Shown here one piece after another: positions 1-8,555 of a stretch of DNA of 24,000 nucleotides (position 1 is its first letter; each line of letters begins with the position of its first letter). Made by a program: the position numbers and the translations under genes. The stretch lies in the NCBI GenBank assembly GCA_031628995.1, contig JAVLUO010000010.1, positions 35,003-59,002 of the forward strand, in the 5' to 3' direction. This DNA comes from Bacillota bacterium LX-D. GTDB lineage: Bacteria; Bacillota; DUOV01; Zhaonellaceae. The notes beneath the pieces are model-generated. The model did no database searches. It saw nothing but the letters and a program-made list of their open reading frames with translations, and was not told where the DNA came from.

Positions 1-1090
1 GGACAATGGAATCATCTACAATGGCAACTTTTTTTCCTGCCAGTAGACCTGGCACCGGGTTTAATTTAAGCTGCACTTCTCTTTCTCTTTGCCTTTGGTT
101 CGGTTGAATAAAAGTACGCCCTAAATAGCGATTCTTGGCTAAGCCTTCCCGAAAGGGAAGCTGCTTTTCTTCTGCAAAACCTAAGGCAGCAGTAATACCT
201 GATTCAGGAACTGCAATAACCAAATCAACATCAATGTTAACTTCCCGTGCCAATTGTTTGCCAAAAGACCTGCGCACTTCATTGACAAGCTGGTTATCGA
301 TTTTACTATCCTGTCTAGCTAAATAAATATATTCAAAGACACATAATCTCTGTTGTTCCGCAGAAATATTGATGGATCTGAGACCTTTTTGGGTAATTTG
401 GATTATTTCTCCCGGTTTGATATCTCTAATCAACTGAGCACCAATAGTATCTAAAGCGCACGATTCTGAGGCTAAGACGTAGCTGCCTCTCTTTAGTTTT
501 CCTAAGCATAATGGCCTTACTCCATGAGGATCTCTGGCTCCAACTAATTGGTTTTCTGTTAAAACCAGTACCGAATAGGCTCCTTGGACCTGGGTAAATA
601 CTTGGGCAAGTAATTCTGGTGAAAACTGGGCCTCGGTTCCGGTTAATAATTTGAGGATAACTTCGCTATCGCTAGTCGTTTCGAATTTAACGCCTTTGGT
701 GGCTAACCGCTTGCGCAGTTTAAAGCTGTTGACCAGGTTGCCATTATGGGCCAATGCTATATTTGGGGTGCTGGAGGAAGAAAGTAAGGGCTGAGCATTG
801 GCCAATGTGCTTTGACCAGTTGTGGAATAACGCACATGGCCAATGGCAAAATCCCCCTTTAAATCAGCTAATTTTTCCTTCGTAAAAACATCTGTCACCA
901 GACCCATTCCTTTGTGCAACTGCAAACTTTTTCCATCTGCAGCAGCAATGCCGGCACTTTCCTGCCCCCGGTGCTGAAGGGCCAATAAACCGTAATAGGT
1001 GAGACGGGAGACATCTTCTAAAGGAGCGTAAATACCAAAGACACCACATTCGTCCTTAGGTTTGTCATCAATCTGCTTAGGGGCCATCAT
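1..1090 (-). CDS. purF: Amidophosphoribosyltransferase (glutamine-PRPP amidotransferase). First ~363 codons only; the 3' end runs off the window.
   Basis: Absent from the ORF track because it has no in-window stop. My translation of the minus strand from ATG 1090 (or 1087) stays open to position 2: MMAPKQIDDKPKDECGVFGIYAP..ALQHRGQESAGIA..GHVRYSTTG..RDPHGVRPLCLG..LASESCALD..CVFEYIYLARQDS..AVPESG..GRTFIQPNQ..VAIVDDSIV. It shows a propeptide plus Cys nucleophile, an Fe-S Cys context and the PRPP loop of Bacillus-type PurF. Confidence 0.9.
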   Translation of the reverse strand, partial: MMAPKQIDDKPKDECGVFGIYAPLEDVSRLTYYGLLALQHRGQESAGIAAADGKSLQLHKGMGLVTDVFTKEKLADLKGDFAIGHVRYSTTGQSTLANAQPLLSSSSTPNIALAHNGNLVNSFKLRKRLATKGVKFETTSDSEVILKLLTGTEAQFSPELLAQVFTQVQGAYSVLVLTENQLVGARDPHGVRPLCLGKLKRGSYVLASESCALDTIGAQLIRDIKPGEIIQITQKGLRSINISAEQQRLCVFEYIYLARQDSKIDNQLVNEVRRSFGKQLAREVNIDVDLVIAVPESGITAALGFAEEKQLPFREGLAKNRYLGRTFIQPNQRQREREVQLKLNPVPGLLAGKKVAIVDDSIV

Positions 1091-1095
1091 GGTTT

Positions 1096-2388
1096 TTAAG
1101 CAATACCAAAGTATTTGGCAGCTACATCACTGGCGCAATTGGTACCGCACATAGCACAGCCGTCTTGCTGAGGTTGTTTTGCTTTAATTGCCCGAGCTTT
1201 TTCAGGATCAATGGCAAAGGAGAGCTGTTTGTCAAAATCTAAGGCTACTCTAGCCTGGGCCATTGCTAAATCTTTAGCTTGAGAACTAGTTTTCTTACGA
1301 GCTATATTTACGGCATGAGCAGCCATTTTAATGGCCAAAATACCCTGTTTAACATCTTCGTCAGTAGGCAGTCCTAAATGTTCAGCAGGTGTTACATAGC
1401 AGAGAAAATCTGCTCCTACGTAGCCGGCATAGGCTCCGCCGATAGCTGCTGTAAGATGATCATAGCCAGGGGCAATATCTGTGGCCAAAGTCCCTAGGAT
1501 ATAATAGGGGGCATTGTGACATAAACGTTTTTGGAGCAAAATAGTGGTATCTACATGATGGAGAGGAACGTGTCCAGGACCTTCAACCATAACTTGAACT
1601 CCAGCTTCCTGAGCTCTTTTTACTAATTCTCCGGCGACGATTAAACCGGCAATTTGGGCAGCGTCTAGAGAATCAGCTAAGGAGCCAGGCCGAATAGCAT
1701 CTCCAACACTTAAGACTACATCATATTTTTTCATAATCTCTAGGACCCGGTCAAATTGCTCATAGAGGGGGTTTTCTTTTTCGTTGTGGAGCATCCAGCC
1801 TGTCATAAATGAACCTCCGCGGCTTACAACATCAGTAACACGGCCGGTTTTCTGCAATTGATCCAAGACAGTCATGTTCAGGGCAGCATGAACGGCCATA
1901 AAATCCATCCCATCGGCAGCTTGTTTTTCAATTATGGCAAAAATATCCTCAGGATCCATTTTAACAATATTGCCGTTTTTTTCAATTGATTCAATTCCTG
2001 CTTGATAAAGAGGAACGCAGCCTACGGCAACATTGGCATTTTCCAAAGAAAACTTCCGCATGGCATCAATGTCCCCGCCTGTACTTAAGTCCATAACGGA
2101 ATTGCAGCCAGCTGCTTCAGCAGCCCTTAATTTTATACCTTCAAATTCATAGGAATCCCTGTCGCTGGAAGTGCCATATAAGGCGTTAATTTTAACGGTT
2201 AAACCAGCGCCAATTCCACAGGGCCTAATTTTTTTATACTTTTTACGATTTTGATTAATGGGGATGACAATGCTTCCCTTGGCAATACCTTCTTGGATAA
2301 ATTCCACAGGGAGTTGTTCATATTCTGCAACTTTTTGCATTTCCTCTGTTATATTACCGGCTCTTGCTTCTAATACTTGGGTTGTCAT
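1096..2388 (-). CDS. bzaB: ThiC-family radical SAM enzyme, second of a tandem pair. Probable 5-hydroxybenzimidazole synthase subunit BzaB.
   Basis: 430 aa ORF with ThiC-like blocks (VMDLSTGGDI, VPLYQA, GPGHVPL, APYYILGTLATDIAPGYDH, AEHLGLP) and a C-terminal CAMCGTNC cysteine triad. RBS AAGGAAGG lies upstream of ATG 2388. Paralogous to the upstream ORF, downstream of a cobalamin riboswitch, and beside cobT and bzaC-like genes. The bzaB versus bzaA label rests on gene order only. Confidence 0.75.
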   Translation of the reverse strand: MTTQVLEARAGNITEEMQKVAEYEQLPVEFIQEGIAKGSIVIPINQNRKKYKKIRPCGIGAGLTVKINALYGTSSDRDSYEFEGIKLRAAEAAGCNSVMDLSTGGDIDAMRKFSLENANVAVGCVPLYQAGIESIEKNGNIVKMDPEDIFAIIEKQAADGMDFMAVHAALNMTVLDQLQKTGRVTDVVSRGGSFMTGWMLHNEKENPLYEQFDRVLEIMKKYDVVLSVGDAIRPGSLADSLDAAQIAGLIVAGELVKRAQEAGVQVMVEGPGHVPLHHVDTTILLQKRLCHNAPYYILGTLATDIAPGYDHLTAAIGGAYAGYVGADFLCYVTPAEHLGLPTDEDVKQGILAIKMAAHAVNIARKKTSSQAKDLAMAQARVALDFDKQLSFAIDPEKARAIKAKQPQQDGCAMCGTNCASDVAAKYFGIA

Positions 2389-2422
2389 GGTTATAACCTT
2401 CCTTTTCCTATAGATTTTGTAT

Positions 2423-3721
2423 TTAACAGCTTACTTTGGCAGTATGTAAAAACTCGGAAACAACTTTCATAGCACAGTATTTGCCACACATAGTACATTC
2501 CGAGGAAAAATCACCGCTGCGCTCTTTCCAGATTTTTTCCGCTCTTTCCGGATCAACAGCCAAGGCAAATTGTTTTTTCCAATCCAATAATTTTCTAGCC
2601 TTAGACATTGCTAAATCCCACTGGTCGGCTCCTGGCACGCCCTTAGCTACATCGCCGGCATGGGCAGCAATACGGGCAATAATTACACCTTCATGGACTT
2701 CTTCCACATCGGGGAGGCCCAGGTGCTCAGAAGCAGTTACATAACAAATGAAATCTGCTCCGGACCAAGCGCTAAGGGCTCCTCCAATGGCTGCATTATA
2801 GTGGTCATAACCAGGGGTAATATCAGTTACCAGAGGACCAAAGACAAAGTAAGGTGCTCCTTGACAAAGTGTTTTTTGTAAATTGATGGTAGACTTTATT
2901 TGATCAACAGGTACATGACCAGGACCTTTAACCATAATCTGGACACCTGCTTTTCTAGCCCTCCGGACTAAATCCCCTAAGATAGACATTTCTTTAACTT
3001 GAGGCCAATCTAAGGAGTCAGCAATAGCACCGGGACGCATTCCATCGGCTAAACTTATGGTCACATCATATTTTCGGCAAATCTCCAAAATACGATCATA
3101 ATAGGTATAAAGAGGATTTTCCTTACCAGTGTGGACCATCCAGCCAATTAAATGGGAACCTCCATAGCTAACTAAGGGATCTACCCGGCCTTCACTTTTT
3201 GCTAGTTCCATAACCTCTCTAGTTAGGCCGCAGTGCATAGCTAAAAAGTCTACTCCGTCAGCAGCTTGGCGTTCAATAACTTCTAAAAGTTCCTCTTCTT
3301 TCATTTCTAAGGAGGAACCGTATTTAGCAGCTGCTTCCGCCATGGCCTGGTAGAGGGGGAGAGTCCCTACAGGTGTTGGGGTGGCTAAGAGTGATTCTTT
3401 CCGCATGGCATCTATATCTCCGCTGACACTTAAATCCATAATAGAATCTGTTTTGGCGTGGACAGCGGCTTTAATTTTCGCCAACTCTGTATTGGGATCG
3501 CAAGTTGAGCCATATAAGCCAACACTGGCGCTAACTTTGGTCCTTAGGCCTGCTCCAATACCTGTAGGTTTACGATTTGTTCTGTTAATATTACAGGGAA
3601 TAACAATTGTACCTGCGGCCACTCCTGCTCGAATAAATTCTGGGCTTACATTTTCATCCTTCGCTACTTGTTCCATTTCAACTGTAATAATGCCTTGTAC
3701 TGCACTCTCAATTTGGGTCAA
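2423..3721 (-). CDS. bzaA: ThiC-family radical SAM enzyme, first of a tandem pair. Probable 5-hydroxybenzimidazole synthase subunit BzaA.
   Basis: 432 aa ORF with a TTG start at 3721 preceded by GAGGAGG (8-nt spacer). ThiC-like blocks: IMDLSVSGDI, LPLYQA, GPGHVPV, APYFVFGPLVTDITPGYDH, SEHLGLP. C-terminal CTMCGKYC triad. Lies directly downstream of cobalamin riboswitch 1 and its terminator. Confidence 0.75.
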   Translation of the reverse strand: MTQIESAVQGIITVEMEQVAKDENVSPEFIRAGVAAGTIVIPCNINRTNRKPTGIGAGLRTKVSASVGLYGSTCDPNTELAKIKAAVHAKTDSIMDLSVSGDIDAMRKESLLATPTPVGTLPLYQAMAEAAAKYGSSLEMKEEELLEVIERQAADGVDFLAMHCGLTREVMELAKSEGRVDPLVSYGGSHLIGWMVHTGKENPLYTYYDRILEICRKYDVTISLADGMRPGAIADSLDWPQVKEMSILGDLVRRARKAGVQIMVKGPGHVPVDQIKSTINLQKTLCQGAPYFVFGPLVTDITPGYDHYNAAIGGALSAWSGADFICYVTASEHLGLPDVEEVHEGVIIARIAAHAGDVAKGVPGADQWDLAMSKARKLLDWKKQFALAVDPERAEKIWKERSGDFSSECTMCGKYCAMKVVSEFLHTAKVSC

Positions 3722-3821
3722 TTTAATTACCTCCTCACAGAATATTTGTAATTTTGCAAATAATTGGCAACAATTTTAAAATACATTTCCATTGAAATTT
3801 GCTTAGTGCTAAAGCAGTTTT

Positions 3822-3861
3822 CGAAAAATAAAAAAGTCCACAACTAAAATTAGTTGTAGAC
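3822..3861 (-). terminator. Intrinsic terminator that forms the expression platform of cobalamin riboswitch 1.
   Basis: Minus-strand reading: GTCTACAACTA-attt-TAGTTGTGGAC (about 11-bp stem with one G-U pair), followed by TTTTTTATTTTT. It sits about 55 nt after the B12 box and about 100 nt before the bzaA start. Confidence 0.8.
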
Positions 3862-3913
3862 TTTTCCATGATCTACGAACTTCACCGCCTTTACACACGA
3901 AGGCTGGTTCAGA

Positions 3914-4074
3914 GTAATAGGCAGGTCTCCTGACTAACGGGTCATAGCTCGCATTTATGCCTTCCCAGGCTGAGCCCAGTGACATAAACAACTCTCCGAC
4001 TACAGTGGCGGGTCCGTGCCGTTTGTGGGATAACCACTTCGGACTTCCCTATTATTCCCAAGGGAACCTATTAC
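3914..4074 (-). promoter_or_regulatory. Cobalamin (B12) riboswitch aptamer 1.
   Basis: Minus-strand reading: GTAATAGG..GGGAATAATAGGGAAGTCCGAAGTGG..CGGACCCGCCACTGTAG..CACTGGG..CTGGGAAGG..GTTAGTCAGGAGACCTGCCTATTAC. Canonical B12 box AGTCAGGAGACCTGCC (plus-strand coordinates 3920-3935). CCCGCCACTGT core (4002-4012). P1 closes as GTAATAGG/CCTATTAC. Confidence 0.9.
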
Positions 4075-4092
4075 CGTATTTGATTATATAAG

Positions 4093-4121
4093 TAATATAT
4101 ATTCTCTAAAACTATTTGTCA
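4093..4121 (-). promoter_or_regulatory. Putative sigma-A promoter driving riboswitch 1, bzaA, bzaB and purF.
   Basis: Minus-strand reading: TTGACA (4121-4116), 17-nt spacer, TATATT (4098-4093). This places the start site about 10-20 nt upstream of the P1 helix. Located in the 90-nt gap after the bzaE stop. Confidence 0.5.
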
Positions 4122-4163
4122 ATACTTTTTTTCTAAAAAAGCAATAAAATTTAGCTTTTTATT

Positions 4164-5660
4164 TCAATCTTCCAGTAAAGCAGCTATTCTGCTTTGAGCA
4201 TCATTTACTAAAACAGCCACTTTATCATCTGTCAATTCTTTACCTGCTTCCAAATCTTGCAGTATCTTTTCAAAGCTAGCCACAAGCAAATTGTTGATCT
4301 GAGAGTAACGGCTGCCGGCATTTTCTGGCGACTGTCTTCTGCCGCTCCAAATGGGATCCATTTGCACAAATAAATAATTAGTGATTTGGCTCATGGCTTG
4401 AGCAAAGTTAGCAATCTGGGGATGGAGAAAAGAAGTCATCCCTTCATAGGTAGTAGCGCGTAACTGCAATCTACCTGCTTCCTGTAATGCTTGATAGGCT
4501 TTAGTACCTTGCAAAATAATTTGGGGATGATAAAGTACATTAGCTGTAATGGCTAAATTATTGAGCAAAGAGTTTCTTTGGAGAAATGAAAAATTAAGGC
4601 GCAAATCTTCCACAGAAGAGTCTGGCTCAAACATAATAAATCCGACGTTGGGCTCAATGCCATGGTGACGTAAAATCCTTAGAGCATTTTCATTTTGGGC
4701 AACGGTAGTCATTTTATTTAAACGCTTGAGGGAAGCATCTTTCCCACTTTCTAAGCCAATTAGAATATGGCGCAGTCCAGCATCCACTAAAGCCCCAATT
4801 GTTTCCTCCCGAATGTCATTAGCCCGAGCTTCAATGCCGAAATGTATCTTTCGTGCTTTCAAAAGCTCCGCTAAGACTAGGGCTCTTTCCTGGCCTTGCT
4901 GCCCTGGACCAAAAAAGTTAGGGTCAGTAAAGTAAAAGTCCTTTTTCTGGTATTTAGCAATAACTTCATCAATTTCGGCGGCGATATTTTCAGGACTTCT
5001 TCCTCGCCATTTGGTGCAGCCATAGTATGGGTTAATGTAGCAAAAAGTACAGCCTCCATAACAGCCTCGGCTGCCTTCCAAATTTACTTCTCCTATGTTT
5101 AGCATTGCTTTAGTCCGTAAGGGGAAGGGCAGCTGATTTAAATCGGCAATTACTTCCCGACGCTGACCATGGAAAGCACCTTCTTCGTCCTGCCAAGCAA
5201 GGCCGGGAATATTTTTAAAATTATCATTGGTAAAGGGCTGAGCAGCTAACTGGGCAAAGGTAATCTCAGGTTCTCCTAAAATTACTGCGGCAATAGCCGG
5301 ACAGTGGTGCAAAATCTCTTTGTAAGCAAAGGTAGGATAATAACCATAGGCTACTATGGTGTCAACCAATCCTTGCTTTTGAATTTTTTGCAAGAATGTA
5401 TAAAGCTTTACATTATTTTCCCAGTTATAGACTAAATGAATCCCTAGGAGATCAGGCTGAAAGGCTGCTATTTTTTGCTCTATTTCCTCATAAGCTAATT
5501 TCTCCAGGTAACCTTCGACTATTTTCACTTCATGCCCTTGACTAACTAACATGGCGGCGCTGTAGCCTGTAATTAGGCTGGAAGAAAGCGGAGTATTGGC
5601 AATGTCATTACAGCGCCCTGGGTCCGTTTGTCGAGGGTGTTCCAGTAAAAGAATTTTCAT
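4164..5660 (-). CDS. bzaE: B12-binding-domain radical SAM enzyme, probable benzimidazole C-methyltransferase BzaE.
   Basis: 498 aa. The N-terminal region resembles a Rossmann-like B12-binding domain (MKILLLEHP..). Radical SAM motif CYGGCTFC in GSRGCYGGCTFCY. The GGAGG RBS sits within the end of the upstream gene. Last of the three genes following cobT, matching the bzaC-bzaD-bzaE order. The symbol is assigned by synteny. Confidence 0.65.
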   Translation of the reverse strand: MKILLLEHPRQTDPGRCNDIANTPLSSSLITGYSAAMLVSQGHEVKIVEGYLEKLAYEEIEQKIAAFQPDLLGIHLVYNWENNVKLYTFLQKIQKQGLVDTIVAYGYYPTFAYKEILHHCPAIAAVILGEPEITFAQLAAQPFTNDNFKNIPGLAWQDEEGAFHGQRREVIADLNQLPFPLRTKAMLNIGEVNLEGSRGCYGGCTFCYINPYYGCTKWRGRSPENIAAEIDEVIAKYQKKDFYFTDPNFFGPGQQGQERALVLAELLKARKIHFGIEARANDIREETIGALVDAGLRHILIGLESGKDASLKRLNKMTTVAQNENALRILRHHGIEPNVGFIMFEPDSSVEDLRLNFSFLQRNSLLNNLAITANVLYHPQIILQGTKAYQALQEAGRLQLRATTYEGMTSFLHPQIANFAQAMSQITNYLFVQMDPIWSGRRQSPENAGSRYSQINNLLVASFEKILQDLEAGKELTDDKVAVLVNDAQSRIAALLED

Positions 5661-5661
5661 T

Positions 5662-6993
5662 CTATTTTACCTCCTGCCACATAAAAACATTGTTCCATAA
5701 ATGATAAGTTTCCAGTTCATAACGCAAAGTTTCATAGGGCTTAGGGTTGTAGTAAACAGGGTAGAGCAGGTCTGTTTCGGGACCAATTAACCCTTCCTCT
5801 GCGGCTCTGGCGGCAATGGCGGTTCCCGGCATAATGCGAATATTATTTAAGACAATGGTACCGAGATTTCTTTGGGTTCGGTGCAGCTCATAAAGCCGAT
5901 GGAGCAATTGTTTACTTTCCCTAATAGTTTCTTGATTTTCCCCAGGTACATTGACCATAAAATGGTACATAGTAACTACCTCAGTACTGGCAGCCAAGGC
6001 TGCTGCTTGCAGAATATCATCGATGCTTAAATTTTTGCCTAAAACAGCCAATGCTTCTTCATGAAGACCATCTGGCGAAAAGGAAAAACAGTTGCAGCCT
6101 CCTTTGGCAAAAAGTTGAATATTATTTTTGTTTAAGCAGTCTTCACGGAAAAAGCCGCTCCAAGTTATGTGTAACTCCCGCCGGATTATTTCTTCGCAAA
6201 TTGCTTCTAAATGCCCAGCAGGCATATTAATGACAGGGTCGTTAAAATGAAAATTAGTAACTCCATATTTCTTATATAAAAACTCTAATTCATCTACTAC
6301 TTCCAAAGGCTGACGACAGCGCATTTTTTTCCCTTGCAGCTGATGATAAACGCAGTAGGTGCAGTTTAAAGGACAGCCTCTTTTAGTTTCAATGCCTATT
6401 GTAGGAACATAATTGTTGATGCCCTCGTAAAGCTTAGGCGATAATAGCTCACGGTTAGGCACTACATAAGCTTCTAAGTCATAATCCCTGGCCGGAGGAT
6501 TCAGCTGCACCTTGTTGTCTTGGCGGAAACACAATCCCTTAATGTCTGGGGGATTGTCAAGTGCAGCAAGTAGGGCCGGGAAAGAATGTTCTGCTTCTCC
6601 CCGGATGCCATAATGAATTTCCGGCAGTTCATTCATAATCCGTTCAGGAAAAAGGGAAAAACCCGTCCCTCCGGCAATGATCCGAGCCGTAGGCAGCAGG
6701 GCGGCAATGAGACGCACTGTGGCAATAAAAGGAGGGAGGAGGGAACTGGTTTTATTAGCCAAAGGATCAATATTGCGCAAGGACAAGCCTACAACCTCAG
6801 GCTGGTACTCTAGTAATTTCTCTTTTAGTTCTCCATAAGGATCCAAAGTAGTATTCATATCTAAGAGAGCAACTTCATGGCCGGCTCTTTTTAAATGGGT
6901 AGCTAAAGTTACAATGCCGATGGGATATACCTTTTCTTGGGTAAAACCTTCCACAGAAGGGGTTTGCACCATAAGTACACGCATTTTATTCAC
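5662..6993 (-). CDS. bzaD: B12-binding-domain radical SAM enzyme, probable benzimidazole C-methyltransferase BzaD.
   Basis: 443 aa from GTG 6993, which overlaps the bzaC stop as GTGA. A better-placed start is ATG 6984 (MRVLMVQTP) with GGAG 9 nt upstream. Radical SAM motif CPLNCTYC in KRGCPLNCTYCVY. Its stop lies 1 nt before the bzaE ATG. The symbol is assigned by synteny. Confidence 0.65.
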   Translation of the reverse strand: MNKMRVLMVQTPSVEGFTQEKVYPIGIVTLATHLKRAGHEVALLDMNTTLDPYGELKEKLLEYQPEVVGLSLRNIDPLANKTSSLLPPFIATVRLIAALLPTARIIAGGTGFSLFPERIMNELPEIHYGIRGEAEHSFPALLAALDNPPDIKGLCFRQDNKVQLNPPARDYDLEAYVVPNRELLSPKLYEGINNYVPTIGIETKRGCPLNCTYCVYHQLQGKKMRCRQPLEVVDELEFLYKKYGVTNFHFNDPVINMPAGHLEAICEEIIRRELHITWSGFFREDCLNKNNIQLFAKGGCNCFSFSPDGLHEEALAVLGKNLSIDDILQAAALAASTEVVTMYHFMVNVPGENQETIRESKQLLHRLYELHRTQRNLGTIVLNNIRIMPGTAIAARAAEEGLIGPETDLLYPVYYNPKPYETLRYELETYHLWNNVFMWQEVK

Positions 6994-8540
6994 TCCAGTA
7001 ACAAAATAGCATAGTATTTAATAAAATCATCTTGGTCAGCTAAGGTTTTTAAACTAAGCCCTGCATTTCTGACCGTTGTAAAAACATCAATGCCTGAACT
7101 TTCCATGGAAGGCCGGGCATTTTTAGTGTTATGGCAAATGCCGTCAGCAGCACACTGGTTACAGATACTGCAAGGCCCTGCCCAATAAGCAAGAGCTTTA
7201 TGGTAGCCGGCTTTAAATGCCGTTTTTTCAGCTTGCAGCACCAGCTTTTGAAACTCATTAGTAGGGGGAGCTCCTTGTAATAGCAAACACTGAGTATAAT
7301 CCGCCAGTACTTGACGGGTTTTTTCCGCAGTAGGGCTATTAGGTGGACAGTGAGGTTTCCCATAACTGCTGCAGCCAAACTGACAGCGGAGAGCTGTCCA
7401 GTTTGGTATATGGATTGCTTCTATAGGAATAGGCAAAGCCTGTTGGAATCCTAAAGTTTTAATTTTAGCAGCTAATTGAGTTTTTTTGTCTAAACAAAGA
7501 TTTTCTAAAATATTTTCCTCTTTGGCTGCCACAATTAAGGCCGTATCCGAGGCCGGAGATAGAAGCTCAGTTTGGTAAAGTTTTAACTTGGCTAATTCCT
7601 CTTTCACCCAACTGGCAGGAAATACTCTGCCATTATAGGTATTGGTCAGCATATTCAAATCAAAGAGGGCTGCTTTAGCTGGGTTGTGCTCATCAAAGAA
7701 ATCATGAATCAATAAGATACCGTTGCTTTTCAGGCACTTTGCTGCTTTGTGCAGCAGCTCAGGAATTTCTTCCTCGGAATAAGCGTGAATAATGTTAGAT
7801 AGTATGACTAAATCAAAGCTATTATCCTCCACAGGCCAATCCTCTAGAATATTGGCAGGATAGAAATTAAGCCTGGCTCCATACTTTTCGCCAGCTAATT
7901 CCCGGCCATAGTCCAGTACCTGCTGAAGGTCTAGTAAAGTTGCCTCAGTTTGGGGGAAACGATCTAAAAAACCTTTAGCAACTGTGCCTACTCCAGAGCC
8001 TACATCTAAAATTTTTCCTGACAAATTAATCCGGGCAAAGAAAGGCAGCATTTCCTGAACTTTAGTTTGGGCAGCAGCGCTCATGGCACGACTATATTTC
8101 CTTATCCTATCAATCAATTCTTGAGGATCTTCGTCATTCTGAGCAAAAACCACTCTTCTGCCGGCTTGCAAACAGCCTTGAAGGCTTCGCCAATTCTCCG
8201 TCAGGTATTTACGCCAGAGAATAGCTTCGCCTTGGTAATCCTGGCTGGTTTTGACTAGATATTGACGGGAAATTTTTGTATTAAAATAAGTTTCTTGAAA
8301 TTCAAAAAGTAGTCCCAAGGAGCAAAGAGCCTTAAGGAAGCGTTTTAAAGCACCTTGATTTAATTTCAGGAGCTTAGTAAGCTCTGCCAAGCTTTTTCCA
8401 TTAGGTTCCATAGCAGTAAATACATCTAATTCTACTGCTGTAAAAAGGGCCTCGGAAAACCAGTAGGCTGTGGCTAAATCCTCCAAATATTGGGGATTAG
8501 TTGTTTGAGGGTCATTTTGTAAAAATGCCAAAGGGCTCAT
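6990..8540 (-). CDS. bzaC: SAM-dependent O-methyltransferase fused to a Cys-rich C-terminal domain. Probable 5-hydroxybenzimidazole methyltransferase BzaC.
   Basis: 516 aa. N-terminal part resembles a COMT-like dimerisation/wHTH region. Class I SAM motif ILDVGSGVGTVA. C-terminal ~170 aa carries C-x3-C-x7-C (CQFGCSSYGKPHC) and C-x2-C-x2-C-x5-C (CSICNQCAADGIC), which I recall as DUF2284-like. Sits between cobT and two B12-rSAM genes. Confidence 0.75.
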   Translation of the reverse strand: MSPLAFLQNDPQTTNPQYLEDLATAYWFSEALFTAVELDVFTAMEPNGKSLAELTKLLKLNQGALKRFLKALCSLGLLFEFQETYFNTKISRQYLVKTSQDYQGEAILWRKYLTENWRSLQGCLQAGRRVVFAQNDEDPQELIDRIRKYSRAMSAAAQTKVQEMLPFFARINLSGKILDVGSGVGTVAKGFLDRFPQTEATLLDLQQVLDYGRELAGEKYGARLNFYPANILEDWPVEDNSFDLVILSNIIHAYSEEEIPELLHKAAKCLKSNGILLIHDFFDEHNPAKAALFDLNMLTNTYNGRVFPASWVKEELAKLKLYQTELLSPASDTALIVAAKEENILENLCLDKKTQLAAKIKTLGFQQALPIPIEAIHIPNWTALRCQFGCSSYGKPHCPPNSPTAEKTRQVLADYTQCLLLQGAPPTNEFQKLVLQAEKTAFKAGYHKALAYWAGPCSICNQCAADGICHNTKNARPSMESSGIDVFTTVRNAGLSLKTLADQDDFIKYYAILLLE

Positions 8541-8555
8541 TATTCCACATCCTTC

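Noticed and set aside
135-1049. Track ORFs 135..326 (+) and 864..1049 (-).
   Set aside because: Both lie inside the well-supported purF reading frame, either antisense or out of frame. Their sequences are low-complexity or Cys/Arg-rich with no recognisable motifs or RBS.
2436-3779. Plus-strand ORFs 2436..2744, 2660..2881 and 3381..3779, antisense to bzaA.
   Set aside because: They are shadow ORFs opposite a strongly conserved ThiC-family gene. They have no SD sequences and the Ser/Ala/Pro-rich composition typical of antisense frames.
3809-3991. 60-aa minus-strand ORF overlapping riboswitch 1.
   Set aside because: The interval is fully explained by the cobalamin aptamer, B12 box and terminator. 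There is no RBS, so it is an RNA element rather than a CDS.
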